From Candidatus Obscuribacterales bacterium (GTDB taxonomy: Bacteria > Cyanobacteriota > Vampirovibrionia > Obscuribacterales > Obscuribacteraceae): a stretch of DNA of 64,000 nucleotides. Positions within the stretch are counted from its first letter, which is position 1, and the number at the start of each line of letters is the position of its first letter. Of this stretch, positions 9,883 to 19,356 are shown piece after piece. Under the pieces are notes generated by a model that was not told where the DNA came from, searched no databases, and saw only the letters and a program-made list of their open reading frames with translations. The stretch covers positions 160,001 to 224,000 of the forward strand of contig CBDDIJ010000003.1 in assembly GCA_965228855.1 (NCBI GenBank), given 5' to 3'. The position numbers and the translations under genes were made by a program.

Positions 9883-10746
9883 CTAGCGTTTCAGTCCGGC
9901 GGGAACGCCATTCGGGAATTCTTTTTCGATCGCTTCCTTGATTCGCTCGCTGCGGTTTTCAGGATTCGGGTGAGTACTGAAGAATTCGATTTGTCGGGAG
10001 CCGGAAGCTGCTTTCAGAACGTCCATGACGTCCAGCATCGCGTGTGGGTCGTATCCCGCTTGCGTCATGAATTTCACGCCCAGGCGATCGCTTTCCAACT
10101 CATCCTGTCTGCCGAATTTCATGGTTACCACTTGCCCGATCAGCGATGCCATCATCGCGCTGTTCCTGCTGTTCGGATCGTCTGGGTCATAGGTCGCAAG
10201 TACTGCCGCACCGGTGAGACCTTGCGTGAGCTGCTGCTTTGCGATGTGCTCGGCTGAGTGACGAGCGACCACGTGCCCGATCTCGTGACCGAGAACTCCG
10301 GCAATTTGCCCCTTCGTTTTCAGGCGCTTAAGAAGAGCTTCTGTGATGAAAACAGGTCCGCCCGGCAGCGCAAACGCGTTTACGGTCCGACTGTCATCCA
10401 GGACCTGGAAGCGAAAACGATACGGCGAGCGTTTCGCGTCGCTGTTTTGCACGAGTTCGTTTCCGATTTCATTTACCAGAGCTTGCGCAGCCGGATCATT
10501 CGCCGGACCGCCAAACTCACGTGACATCTGGGGCGCGGACTGCATACCCAGAGCGATTTCTTGTTTCGGAGAAATCGCGATGTGCTGTTTCTCATTAGTA
10601 ATGTCGTTGAATTGCGTTTGGCTGAAGTATGTGATGATTGAAAATAGTGCCACCACGGCTGCGATAATCAGTTGAATTACAACCCGCGATCCGGTTCGGA
10701 CACTCGCTCCGTCACCGTCATAACCGCCTCGCCTTCCCCACGCCAT
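9883..10746 (-). CDS. M48 family zinc metalloprotease
   Basis: NAFALPGG, HEIGH, ELESD, STHP; N-terminal TM; GAGGAG SD. Confidence 0.93.
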   Translation of the reverse strand: MAWGRRGGYDGDGASVRTGSRVVIQLIIAAVVALFSIITYFSQTQFNDITNEKQHIAISPKQEIALGMQSAPQMSREFGGPANDPAAQALVNEIGNELVQNSDAKRSPYRFRFQVLDDSRTVNAFALPGGPVFITEALLKRLKTKGQIAGVLGHEIGHVVARHSAEHIAKQQLTQGLTGAAVLATYDPDDPNSRNSAMMASLIGQVVTMKFGRQDELESDRLGVKFMTQAGYDPHAMLDVMDVLKAASGSRQIEFFSTHPNPENRSERIKEAIEKEFPNGVPAGLKR

Positions 10747-11023
10747 GCGCTTTCTCCTCGACGTTCAACGACTAAAATTTACCATCTGAACAAATCCAAC
10801 TGCATGTTCAGATTCAAAACTAGTTAAGGAAGCCGAACATCCAGAGGGCGAGAATGACACCACCGGGAACTCCAAGCATCCAAAGTATAAAAGCTTTACC
10901 CATGATTCTAAACTCCTTTTTCCTTCAAGAGCGGCTCGCTTGCCGACTCAACATGGGTTTAGTAGCAAAGGTTTGTCACATTGATGCCTGCCGCCAATTC
11001 TGACGGTGTTGGACGTTTGCTCT

Positions 11024-12658
11024 CTACCTAAGCGCCTGATTGCTTTGCTCGACTTTTAGTTCGCTATTTGGTCCCAGGAAAATTTCAAAACTGACCGAGT
11101 CTGTCGCGCTGCTTGGAAATTTCATAAGCTCACTCCCGTCCAGCTTTTGCACGGAGGCGAGAAATTCGTCGATAAACGCTTGTGATGCTGCATCAGAAAC
11201 AGGATCACTCCATTCGGTGTTTGCCGACACTTGACCGCCGCGATCCACTACGACGTTGATTTTCATGCGCACGTTTTCCGGCGCCGAAGTTCCATGATTA
11301 GCTCGAAGGTAAGCGAATATGTTTGCATACCAGTCGTGCCATGCGGTAAAACATTCCCGCGCTGCCGCGCTGTTCATCGCTTCACGCAGGTTGTTTTCGT
11401 CCGACTCCCGATAGATGCTGGAGCCGTCTTTGAATCCGGTTTGTGCGCTCTCTTCCATATTAATGAGGAGGAACAGTCCCCTGGCGGCAAAGAATTGCCT
11501 TTGTGATGTTGATGTCGTAACCGCATGCGGTGGCGTAAATGCTAATCGTTTAGATAACTGAAGTGTAGAATTGTTTTGTAAGAGGAAACATGATCCGATC
11601 AAAATACCCGCAATTAGCGCTGCTAACGTCCATCTGCGCCGGTCAGGCTTCATCTGTTGCCGCTTATATCGAACCCGAATTTGCTTTCCTTTTAAACCGT
11701 CGGCGAGTTCTTCCATCGATTGAATACGGTCATATGGTTGTTTCTGCAAACACGCCATCACGAGCTCTTCTAGCTGTTTGAACGACTTTGTGGAAACGTG
11801 AGAGCTCTTTCCAAAGTGCTTCGAGGGTGAAATTGGTTCCTCGAACGCATGTTTGTGATAAAACGCGACAGCCTTGTCCGTGTCAAAAATCTGCTTGCCG
11901 GTGAGGCATTCATATATTACACAGCCTAAAGAATAAATGTCTGATCGAGCATCTACATCACCGCCCGTGCATTGCTCCGGGCTCATGTATGCAGGCGTTC
12001 CCAGATGCAGTCCGGTTCTGGTAACTGACGCGGCGATTTCGGTATCACAGAACTTTGCCAGACCGAAGTCGAGGATCTTCACATTCTTCTTAGAGTCGAC
12101 GATTATGTTTCCTGGTTTCAAATCGCAGTGAAGGATTCCTTTGGAATGCGCATCGCCCATCGCCTCCGCGGCTTGAATGAACATTGTTCTTATCGAATCA
12201 TCGCTGAGCGCACCTTGTTGTTCAAGGAGCGTCTGGAGTGTCTGTCCCTCTACAAACTCCATAATTAGATAGGGCGTGCCATCGTCCATGATACCGAAGT
12301 CGAACAGAGCTGTGATGCAGGCGTTGTTCAGCTCTTTGATGGCCAGAGCCTCTTGTTGAAACCGTTTTACTGCGGTCGGGTCTGATTGGAGATTGCGCTT
12401 GAGAAATTTGATAGCCGCGATCGCGGCACTGCCGCCGTGCTGCGCTTTGTAGACACGCCCACTCGAACCTTCACCAATAAGGTCCAGAATGTTCCATCCG
12501 GCTACGGTCTGACCGGCATAGCCTGCGTTGACTGGACAAAGAAGGGATGAATCGACTGGGCAATGAGTCAGGTTTCTCTCCGCATCGAAAGTGTTATTGC
12601 AGGTCGGGCAAATTCGCGTCTCAACTACGCGGAATTTGTTCAATTGTTTTGTCTGCAT
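11024..12658 (-). CDS. membrane Ser/Thr protein kinase with N-terminal Cys knuckle and C-terminal TonB-C-like domain
   Basis: CPTC..CPVD; GEGSSG, AIK, HCDLKPGN, DFG, SPE; one TM; start 12658 or 12712. Confidence 0.9.
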   Translation of the reverse strand: MQTKQLNKFRVVETRICPTCNNTFDAERNLTHCPVDSSLLCPVNAGYAGQTVAGWNILDLIGEGSSGRVYKAQHGGSAAIAAIKFLKRNLQSDPTAVKRFQQEALAIKELNNACITALFDFGIMDDGTPYLIMEFVEGQTLQTLLEQQGALSDDSIRTMFIQAAEAMGDAHSKGILHCDLKPGNIIVDSKKNVKILDFGLAKFCDTEIAASVTRTGLHLGTPAYMSPEQCTGGDVDARSDIYSLGCVIYECLTGKQIFDTDKAVAFYHKHAFEEPISPSKHFGKSSHVSTKSFKQLEELVMACLQKQPYDRIQSMEELADGLKGKQIRVRYKRQQMKPDRRRWTLAALIAGILIGSCFLLQNNSTLQLSKRLAFTPPHAVTTSTSQRQFFAARGLFLLINMEESAQTGFKDGSSIYRESDENNLREAMNSAAARECFTAWHDWYANIFAYLRANHGTSAPENVRMKINVVVDRGGQVSANTEWSDPVSDAASQAFIDEFLASVQKLDGSELMKFPSSATDSVSFEIFLGPNSELKVEQSNQALR

Positions 12659-12871
12659 ATATGTAAGTCCGGTAGTAAGAATGCGCTGGAACACTGAATG
12701 TGAGCATCGCAATAAAGCAGACGGATGTCAATAGGACTGCATCGCTTGCGCTCTTCCTGGCTAAAACAGTCCTGGTAAGGCTTTTAAGGGAACAAACGCA
12801 TCTCCGATTAACCTACAGTTTACCGAGTTCTGAAATCGGGGTTACGAAATCGCGAGCGCTGCTCAATATCA

Positions 12872-13525
12872 CTAGTTTTGAGAGTTCCCTATCTTTTTGT
12901 AGAGTTTGTTTCTCCACATTTTGACGGTGCCACTATCAGTGGTGCCTCCCTTGTACTCGAGGCAACGGTTATAGTCTTTCATGGCATTGGCATATTGACC
13001 CAGCAGTTCGTAACTGCGTCCTCTAGCCATGTACAGGCTGAAGAATTTGGATTGCTTCTTTCTGCCGTGCTCTTCCGAGTCGATTCCTTCGGTGAAATCA
13101 GCAATTGCTTTGCTATGTTCGTTGAGTTTTTGATAACACCGTCCCCGGTGTAAATACGGATTGCCGGGCGATTCCGGCGCGAGCTTTATAACCCTACTCA
13201 AATCCGCAATAGCTTTGTCGAACTCATTCAGATTGATGTAGCACTTTCCGCGTCTTTCGTACAGATTCGCGTTGTTCGGATTTTCCTGAACGGCGCTGTT
13301 GAACAGTACTATTGCCTGGCTATACTCACCGAGTGCTTCGAGCTCCTCAGCTCGCAAAAGTGCTTTCTTCGTTTTCACACTTACTAGATCAGTCTGCGCC
13401 CTGGACTGTTTGGCACCAGGCGAGCTACTCTTTGCGGGACTCTCCGCTTTCGCGGAAACCGTCGTGCTTGAGACAAAAGCGCATACGAAGAGGGAGAGTA
13501 ATGCGTATTTTTGCGGGCTCCTCAT
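12872..13525 (-). CDS. exported TPR protein
   Basis: start moved to MRSPQKY to remove overlap with the upstream kinase; signal peptide; repeats such as YERRGKCY..AIADL. Confidence 0.88.
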   Translation of the reverse strand: MRSPQKYALLSLFVCAFVSSTTVSAKAESPAKSSSPGAKQSRAQTDLVSVKTKKALLRAEELEALGEYSQAIVLFNSAVQENPNNANLYERRGKCYINLNEFDKAIADLSRVIKLAPESPGNPYLHRGRCYQKLNEHSKAIADFTEGIDSEEHGRKKQSKFFSLYMARGRSYELLGQYANAMKDYNRCLEYKGGTTDSGTVKMWRNKLYKKIGNSQN

Positions 13526-13548
13526 TTGGAAAACAACTACTTCTCGCC

Positions 13549-15195
13549 TCACTTCTGGCTCAACCTTTTCCGCTGTCGATTTTTCTTCTTCGGTTTCTTC
13601 GATGGCTCTTTCGGTTGTGATTTCGATGAAGGTGCTGGAGTTACCGCCTTCGGCGTCGCAGCCTTGTCCGCTTTGGGCGCAAGCATACTTTGGATGGTAC
13701 CAATATTTATCACGAAGCACGCGGCAATGGAAATTGCCAGCACTATGGTTAGAATCGTCATGCGAACGGCTGTTCTCTGTTCGCGTTTGAGTTCACCCTG
13801 CAGCATCAGCTTGCTGCCTTCCTCTTCTCGCTGCTGAAGCCGCTCCTGGTCAATACCGTCTAGTTTGCCTGGACCAAAGGAGTTTTGCATTGACGATGTG
13901 CGCTTGATATGACGAATCTGATCCCTCTCTTTTACTGAAAGCATAAAGTCCTTATCTTCCAGCTCAACCGTAGCGACGGATTTTTCTTCCAGCATCTCAG
14001 GTGGTAGACTGTCGATTTGCATGCCACTGCGCACTGCCTCCAACCAGTACTCGAAGGCAGCCTTCATTTGCGCTGCGCTTAGCCAGCGCCTGGCTGGATC
14101 GGTTTCAAGCGCTTTGAGAACGATCTGGTCGAGAATCTTAATTCCGGCGATATGCGGAACTGTTTCAATCATAGGCTGTGGCGAAACCGTCGGCGTGCAA
14201 TGCGCGGTCATGATATCACGGACGGTGCCTTTGCAGTACGGCGGTTTACCGGTAAACATCTCATACGCCACGATGCCGAGCGAGTAGATGTCTGAACGCG
14301 GCCCAAGTTGCTTGGCACTGCACTGTTCCGGACTCATGTACATTGGTGACCCAATAGCTTTACCGGTAAATGTGATGCGCTCTTCGCCCTCCACTCTGGC
14401 AATTCCGAAATCCAGAATTTTGACGATAATGTCGTCGCTGTCATCTTCTTTGACAAGAACAATGTTGCTTGTTTTTAAATCACGGTGAATAACGCCGCTC
14501 AGGTGCGCGTAGTTGAGAGCGTCACAAGCCTGAATCATGATGCTCGCGATATTTTCCGTTCCATCTATCCGTCCGATTGAGCGGATGATGTCGAGCAGGT
14601 TCAAACCTTTGATCCGCTCCATCACGAGGAAAAAATTACCCGTACTCGTCGCTATGAACTCCATGTATTCAACAATGTTTCTATGCTTCAGTCTCGAATG
14701 ACTTCGCACTTCACGACCGAATCGCATGATGTCCTCGGCCGAGTTGATCTTCATCGACTTCATCGCAACCAGCCGGTCGGTCGGCAAATGTTTAGCCAGA
14801 TAGACGACCGCCATCCCGCCTTTGCCCAGGATATTCAGTATCTCGTAGCTGTCCTCCACGATCGAACCGATCAGTGGATCTTCAGCCCCTTGATTCGCTG
14901 CGGCTACCGAGCCATCATCTTTATTGGTCGCTGCGACCGCGCCGGGGACAATGTGGGTGCTGGTCCAGTAACGCTGAACTTCCGCCATGTCTTTCGGGAT
15001 AAGACCCGCCCAGGAGCCGGTTATCTGGAGTGTAGGCCCTGCGGCAGTTGCCGAACCGGTTCGCTCACCCGTCCGTTCAAAAGCTAGCGATGCGTGAGGA
15101 TCCGCATCGCGATACTGGCTATCCGACCTCGGTCGGGCGTCGACGTTTAATTTTTCCGGGTCTTCCGAGGACATGGGTGAAGCCGATTGCGACAA
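13549..15195 (-). CDS. Ser/Thr protein kinase with C-terminal TM and basic tail
   Basis: GKGGMA, VAMK, HRDLKTSN, DFG, SPE, DIYSLG. Confidence 0.93.
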   Translation of the reverse strand: MSQSASPMSSEDPEKLNVDARPRSDSQYRDADPHASLAFERTGERTGSATAAGPTLQITGSWAGLIPKDMAEVQRYWTSTHIVPGAVAATNKDDGSVAAANQGAEDPLIGSIVEDSYEILNILGKGGMAVVYLAKHLPTDRLVAMKSMKINSAEDIMRFGREVRSHSRLKHRNIVEYMEFIATSTGNFFLVMERIKGLNLLDIIRSIGRIDGTENIASIMIQACDALNYAHLSGVIHRDLKTSNIVLVKEDDSDDIIVKILDFGIARVEGEERITFTGKAIGSPMYMSPEQCSAKQLGPRSDIYSLGIVAYEMFTGKPPYCKGTVRDIMTAHCTPTVSPQPMIETVPHIAGIKILDQIVLKALETDPARRWLSAAQMKAAFEYWLEAVRSGMQIDSLPPEMLEEKSVATVELEDKDFMLSVKERDQIRHIKRTSSMQNSFGPGKLDGIDQERLQQREEEGSKLMLQGELKREQRTAVRMTILTIVLAISIAACFVINIGTIQSMLAPKADKAATPKAVTPAPSSKSQPKEPSKKPKKKNRQRKRLSQK

Positions 15196-15359
15196 GGCAT
15201 TCAGTGCCTATTTGCACCTATTTCAGTGTTTCAAAACCCCCTATTGGGGTGATTTTACAGTCGCCATTTTGCAACCAACACGAATTTCAGTCGATACGGA
15301 TGGCCCGGAAGTGGCATATTGCTTGAAGGAATACAGTGTGGTGAGAGGATGTAGTACTC

Positions 15360-16037
15360 TTGGCGAAGGTCTTAGTTGTCGAAGACGATCGAGAATTAGC
15401 AGCTAATGTGCAGCGTTGGCTGGAATTTGACAAGCATGTAGTGGAAACCGCTCACGACGGCATACAAGCGTCTGAAATGCTTCGGTTCTATAAATACGAC
15501 CTAGTTATTCTCGACTGGGGACTGCCGGAGGCAAGTGGCATCGACGTGCTTCGAGAGTTTCGGAAATCGGGGGGCAACTCCCCGGTTCTATTCCTGACTG
15601 GAAAGGGCGCGGTTGAAGATAAGGAGATGGGCTTCAACACCGGAGCAGATGACTATCTAACCAAGCCGTTCGACATGCGCGAATTGTCCGCTCGTTGCAA
15701 GGCGATTTTGCGCAGACCAAATTCTATAGTCGGTGACGTTTTGGAAGTGGGAGGCTTGATCATTGATGTCTCATCTCATCGAGTCGTTCGAGATGGTGAA
15801 CCCATCAATGTTTCGCAGCAGGAGTTTGCGCTTCTGGAGTTTTTGGTGAGGCATCCAGGTCAAGTCTTTGCACCGGAGGCGATACTGGATCGAGTCTGGA
15901 AGTCTACTTCGGACTCGACACCGGCCGTGGTGCGCAGCCACATAAAGTCTCTTCGAAAGAAACTGGACGTCGAAGGTCGGCGCTCCTACATCAAAAATGT
16001 TCACGGCGTGGGTTATTGCTTCGACAATGGCTCTTAG
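15360..16037 (+). CDS. orphan OmpR/PhoB-family response regulator
   Basis: KVLVVEDD, LDWGLP, DDYLTKPF, VRSHIKSLRKK..HGVGY; TTG start. Confidence 0.95.
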   Translation: MAKVLVVEDDRELAANVQRWLEFDKHVVETAHDGIQASEMLRFYKYDLVILDWGLPEASGIDVLREFRKSGGNSPVLFLTGKGAVEDKEMGFNTGADDYLTKPFDMRELSARCKAILRRPNSIVGDVLEVGGLIIDVSSHRVVRDGEPINVSQQEFALLEFLVRHPGQVFAPEAILDRVWKSTSDSTPAVVRSHIKSLRKKLDVEGRRSYIKNVHGVGYCFDNGS

Positions 16038-16939
16038 GGCGACTTGCTACTTCCGGTTTTATTTTGCGAACCGGTCTTTGGCGTTTTATCCGGTGCTGGC
16101 TTAGCCGGTTTTTTCGGCGAGCCGATTTCCGGTTCGAACTCGATGAAATCAGTCACTGCTTTCGAGTATTTGTTGTCTACCAGCGACATCATAGAGGTTT
16201 GCTTCACACATCCTGCCATAGGTTTGAACGAGATTGAGCTGCCAGGAACCACCGAAATATTCGAGGTTTTCAGCCGAAGCGATTTCTCGTTCGGCATGAC
16301 ATTCTGCCAGAATAAGGGAATGCCTGAGAGATGGGGGATTCCGTACCAAACTGATATCAGCTCTAGTTGCATTTTGCTCGCTGGAATGGCACCGTCAGTG
16401 GTGACCAATTCAATCACGCATTTCTTCGGTTGCGACCGATATCTGTAAAACCCGTCCGACTCGAGCGTGTTCCACTTCCGCTGTATAGCCGGTAATCCGC
16501 GAAAGTTCATGCGCTGTTCTGAGGCGGCATGTTTTGGGTGCATGTAGTTCTTCTCTGGAGGATCCAGGAAGAACCCCTCTTTCATCCAGCGAGTGGCAGG
16601 TAGTTCACACGAGTATTTTTTGCTCTTATTGACCACCGTGGCCGTCCAGTCCGGCGCCCGGGCGACAATTTCAAAAGATCCTTGCGTCACTATTTTTACG
16701 CAATCTTTGCCTAGATAAACGGTCGAAGCCGCTGACGTCTGCCCGGGAAAGTAGTCTATTTCCCATACTTTTTCAGTCGGTGTGCCCGGCGTTTTTTTGT
16801 TCGCTCCGGCCGCAATCTCTGGCATCAGAGCTGCGCAGATTATGCCGACAATTGCGAGGCTCGCAATCCTGACGGTCCCATTGATTGAGACCAGGCGTTT
16901 GCCCGGCGCTGAAGCCTGTTCTTTAAGCAGCCTCTCCAT
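16034..16939 (-). CDS. exported hypothetical protein
   Basis: 301-aa ORF with a signal-like hydrophobic segment ending AAG/A; no motif recognised. Confidence 0.75.
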   Translation of the reverse strand: MERLLKEQASAPGKRLVSINGTVRIASLAIVGIICAALMPEIAAGANKKTPGTPTEKVWEIDYFPGQTSAASTVYLGKDCVKIVTQGSFEIVARAPDWTATVVNKSKKYSCELPATRWMKEGFFLDPPEKNYMHPKHAASEQRMNFRGLPAIQRKWNTLESDGFYRYRSQPKKCVIELVTTDGAIPASKMQLELISVWYGIPHLSGIPLFWQNVMPNEKSLRLKTSNISVVPGSSISFKPMAGCVKQTSMMSLVDNKYSKAVTDFIEFEPEIGSPKKPAKPAPDKTPKTGSQNKTGSSKSP

Positions 16940-17036
16940 AAGAGCGTAAAACCGTCCAGCGGGCGGTGGTATCGAAAGTAGTGGCAGAGGGTTCCGACAT
17001 GATGCTCAGGCTGATCGCACCATGAGAGTTTCCGTT

Positions 17037-18440
17037 TCATTCTTCCAGAACTTTTATTCTGCCGGAGTTCGCGGCTTGCACTAGCAGCGCGTGATCGCGC
17101 TCCACCTGATCCGCGTATGCCAGAGCAAAGTCTGTGACAGCCTCATCAAATTCTTCGTTGTTTCCGAGATAACCTGAAATAACTGCTGAGTCACCGGAGC
17201 GTGCATGCGCGCGAGCGAGCGTCGCGCCCATTACTAGAGCCATCTCCGCCATTATTTTAGCGTCCCATAGCTCGGGCTCAAGTTTGATCTTCGAGTCCTT
17301 CATCTGACGTATGTAGAAGTGCTTGTCGTCACCGCCAAAATCTGTCCAACCTAGAAAAATGTCGCTGGCGGACTGGATGATGCGCTGACCTTCGACAACG
17401 CGCTGACCGCGGTTTTCAAAAGTGCTTTTGCCTGCGTATGGTTCAAGTACTGATTCTCGAGCTTCTTTCATTTGAAGAAAGAGCGGTTCATCATCCGGCG
17501 CAAGCATGAGCAGAACCATGCATGTCGTGCCAACGCTGCCGATTCCCACGACTTTGATGGCGCAATCGACAAAGCGATAACGACTGAACAATCTTCGTTT
17601 GTCTTCCTGAAGTGTGGTTTTATAAACTTCAAGAGCCTGTTCGACAGAGTCTTTGAATGAGCTGCCCTTCTTATCCTCGACGTGATAAATGGTCGGAGGG
17701 CTGTCTTTGATTGTGTAATGGCTTCCGCTCTGTTTCTCGACAAGCTTCGGGAAATAGTATTCGCTGTTTCTCATCTTTGCTTTGCGCGCAACCTGTTCGC
17801 GCCTGGCTCGGAGGTCTGCGCTAGTCGTCGCGGCGATGACGTGCTGCCAATCGATGCGGTCATACCAGATATCGAGAATACTCATTCGTGCGTATTCCGC
17901 CATTTTCTCCCGATACGCTCGGAGAACGGCTTTGGATGCGGCTGCAGCTGCTTTGGGTTTTAAACCGTTCTCTCTCGCTGCTAAAATGAAACTTACTGTA
18001 AGGCGCTTCAAATCCCATTCCCAGGGGGCTGGTAGAGTTTCGTCAAAATCGTTGATATCAAATGACAGATTTCTTTCCGGTGTCGCAAATGCGCCGAAGT
18101 TCAGCAGATGGCAGTCACCGCAAGCCTGGACATAAACCTTGGTCGACGGAGTGTGTTCCAGATCCGCAGCCATCAGGGCTGCTGCACCGCGGAAGAAGGT
18201 AAACGGTGATACTTTCATGCGTCCCCAACGTAGCGGCGTCAGTTCTGCTATGCGACCGTTATTCGACTCCTCGAGCAACTCCAGCGGATCCCTGCGTGAA
18301 GCCGGCACGATCCAGCCGGCGTGACTGGATCTCGTTATTGAAGCGCGAAGGGTTTTACCCCTGTCTTTGCGATTGTCACGAGGCGTTATCGTCGCATCGT
18401 GCAGCATCGCGGATTGCTTCTTCGAGTCGTCTGTCGCCAA
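17037..18440 (-). CDS. DUF2252 family kinase-like protein
   Basis: SPFTFFRGAA, CGDCHLLNFG, FDINDFDE, KVVGIGSVG, LARAHARSGD; GGAGG SD before TTG. Confidence 0.9.
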   Translation of the reverse strand: MATDDSKKQSAMLHDATITPRDNRKDRGKTLRASITRSSHAGWIVPASRRDPLELLEESNNGRIAELTPLRWGRMKVSPFTFFRGAAALMAADLEHTPSTKVYVQACGDCHLLNFGAFATPERNLSFDINDFDETLPAPWEWDLKRLTVSFILAARENGLKPKAAAAASKAVLRAYREKMAEYARMSILDIWYDRIDWQHVIAATTSADLRARREQVARKAKMRNSEYYFPKLVEKQSGSHYTIKDSPPTIYHVEDKKGSSFKDSVEQALEVYKTTLQEDKRRLFSRYRFVDCAIKVVGIGSVGTTCMVLLMLAPDDEPLFLQMKEARESVLEPYAGKSTFENRGQRVVEGQRIIQSASDIFLGWTDFGGDDKHFYIRQMKDSKIKLEPELWDAKIMAEMALVMGATLARAHARSGDSAVISGYLGNNEEFDEAVTDFALAYADQVERDHALLVQAANSGRIKVLEE

Positions 18441-18542
18441 TTGCCACCTCCACCTGCCGGGTTCCTACGGATTCTGCCAGTTGTTACAAGTTCTACCTAT
18501 TAATACTACCCAGTCAAGCAATCAGACCATCATAAAAGCGCC

Positions 18543-18574
18543 AAAAAAGGATAGAGCCGCACATGGCGGCTCTA
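18543..18574 (-). terminator. intrinsic terminator
   Basis: TAGAGCCGC-N5-GCGGCTCTA perfect 9-bp stem (18552-18574), then TCCTTTTTT on the minus strand. Confidence 0.8.
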
Positions 18575-18748
18575 ATCTTGAGACTCGATTTCTTCGGATT
18601 GGATTTTGCAGATTCGCTGACGGCTTCGCAGTTGTGGCCGACGTCTCGCTACATCGTCATCGAATTTGTTTTGTCTTTCTCCTCTGAAAACGAGTACCAG
18701 GGCTGTTTGCTGTTTACGGAAATCAGTCGATTTGCATTTGCAGCTCGT
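18543..18748 (-). ncRNA. candidate ~205-nt sRNA
   Basis: bounded by a TTCAC-array/TATAGT promoter and an intrinsic terminator; no credible minus-strand ORF inside. Confidence 0.45.
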
Positions 18749-18754
18749 AGTTTC

Positions 18755-18808
18755 ACTATAAATTTCGACCGTGAAGTAAGAGTGAACTTAATGTGAAATC
18801 TGCGTGAA
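18755..18808 (-). promoter_or_regulatory. 4x TTCAC-N6 array plus -10 TATAGT
   Basis: plus-strand GTGAA at 18771, 18782, 18793, 18804; ACTATA at 18755-18760. Confidence 0.8.
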
Positions 18809-18816
18809 GTAGCGAA

Positions 18817-19311
18817 TTAAGGAAGGACGAGATTGAAGGTTACGATTGGAAACGTATACCGTTTGCGAAATGTCCAGGCGACATTGTTGCCAGATGCGTC
18901 CTGTCCGAAAATACTTCCGACGAAGGTAAGAGGCACCGGGGTCTTAACTCTGCACTCAGTCGTTATAGTCACGGTTGGGTTTCCTGCAGTTGGATTGCCT
19001 CCAAAATCCTGGTATTGAAAGTTGCCGGCACCAAGAATCAAAGTCGGATCAGAAACAAAGTTTCCATCAGCTTTGTGTGTCTTCAAGATTGTGGTCGCCG
19101 CGTTTTGCGCAGCAGTAGGCGTTGATTGTTGTGCCGCCGCTCTGCAAGCGTCGCGACAAGCGCGGTCGTTAAGTTCGTATCCCAGCATCAAAATCGTGAC
19201 GTCTATCGCAAGAAATGTGAGGACCAGTAGGAAAAGAGAACCGCAAGCTAATTCGACAGCGGCCATTCCGTTCGCTCTGCGCTTTATGCTTTTGTGTTTC
19301 TTCAGTGACAT
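18817..19311 (-). CDS. TadE-like pseudopilin
   Basis: prepilin motif RANG|MAAVE, TM, ACRDACRAAA. Confidence 0.85.
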   Translation of the reverse strand: MSLKKHKSIKRRANGMAAVELACGSLFLLVLTFLAIDVTILMLGYELNDRACRDACRAAAQQSTPTAAQNAATTILKTHKADGNFVSDPTLILGAGNFQYQDFGGNPTAGNPTVTITTECRVKTPVPLTFVGSIFGQDASGNNVAWTFRKRYTFPIVTFNLVLP

Positions 19312-19356
19312 TGTTGCGTCCTCGATGCAAATTTGTGAGATACGATTGTGCCGGTT

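Noticed and set aside
10854..10863. ATGACACCAC matching hairpin H2
   Set aside because: A single 10-mer match in 64 kb is plausible by chance, and I saw no equivalent enclosing stem
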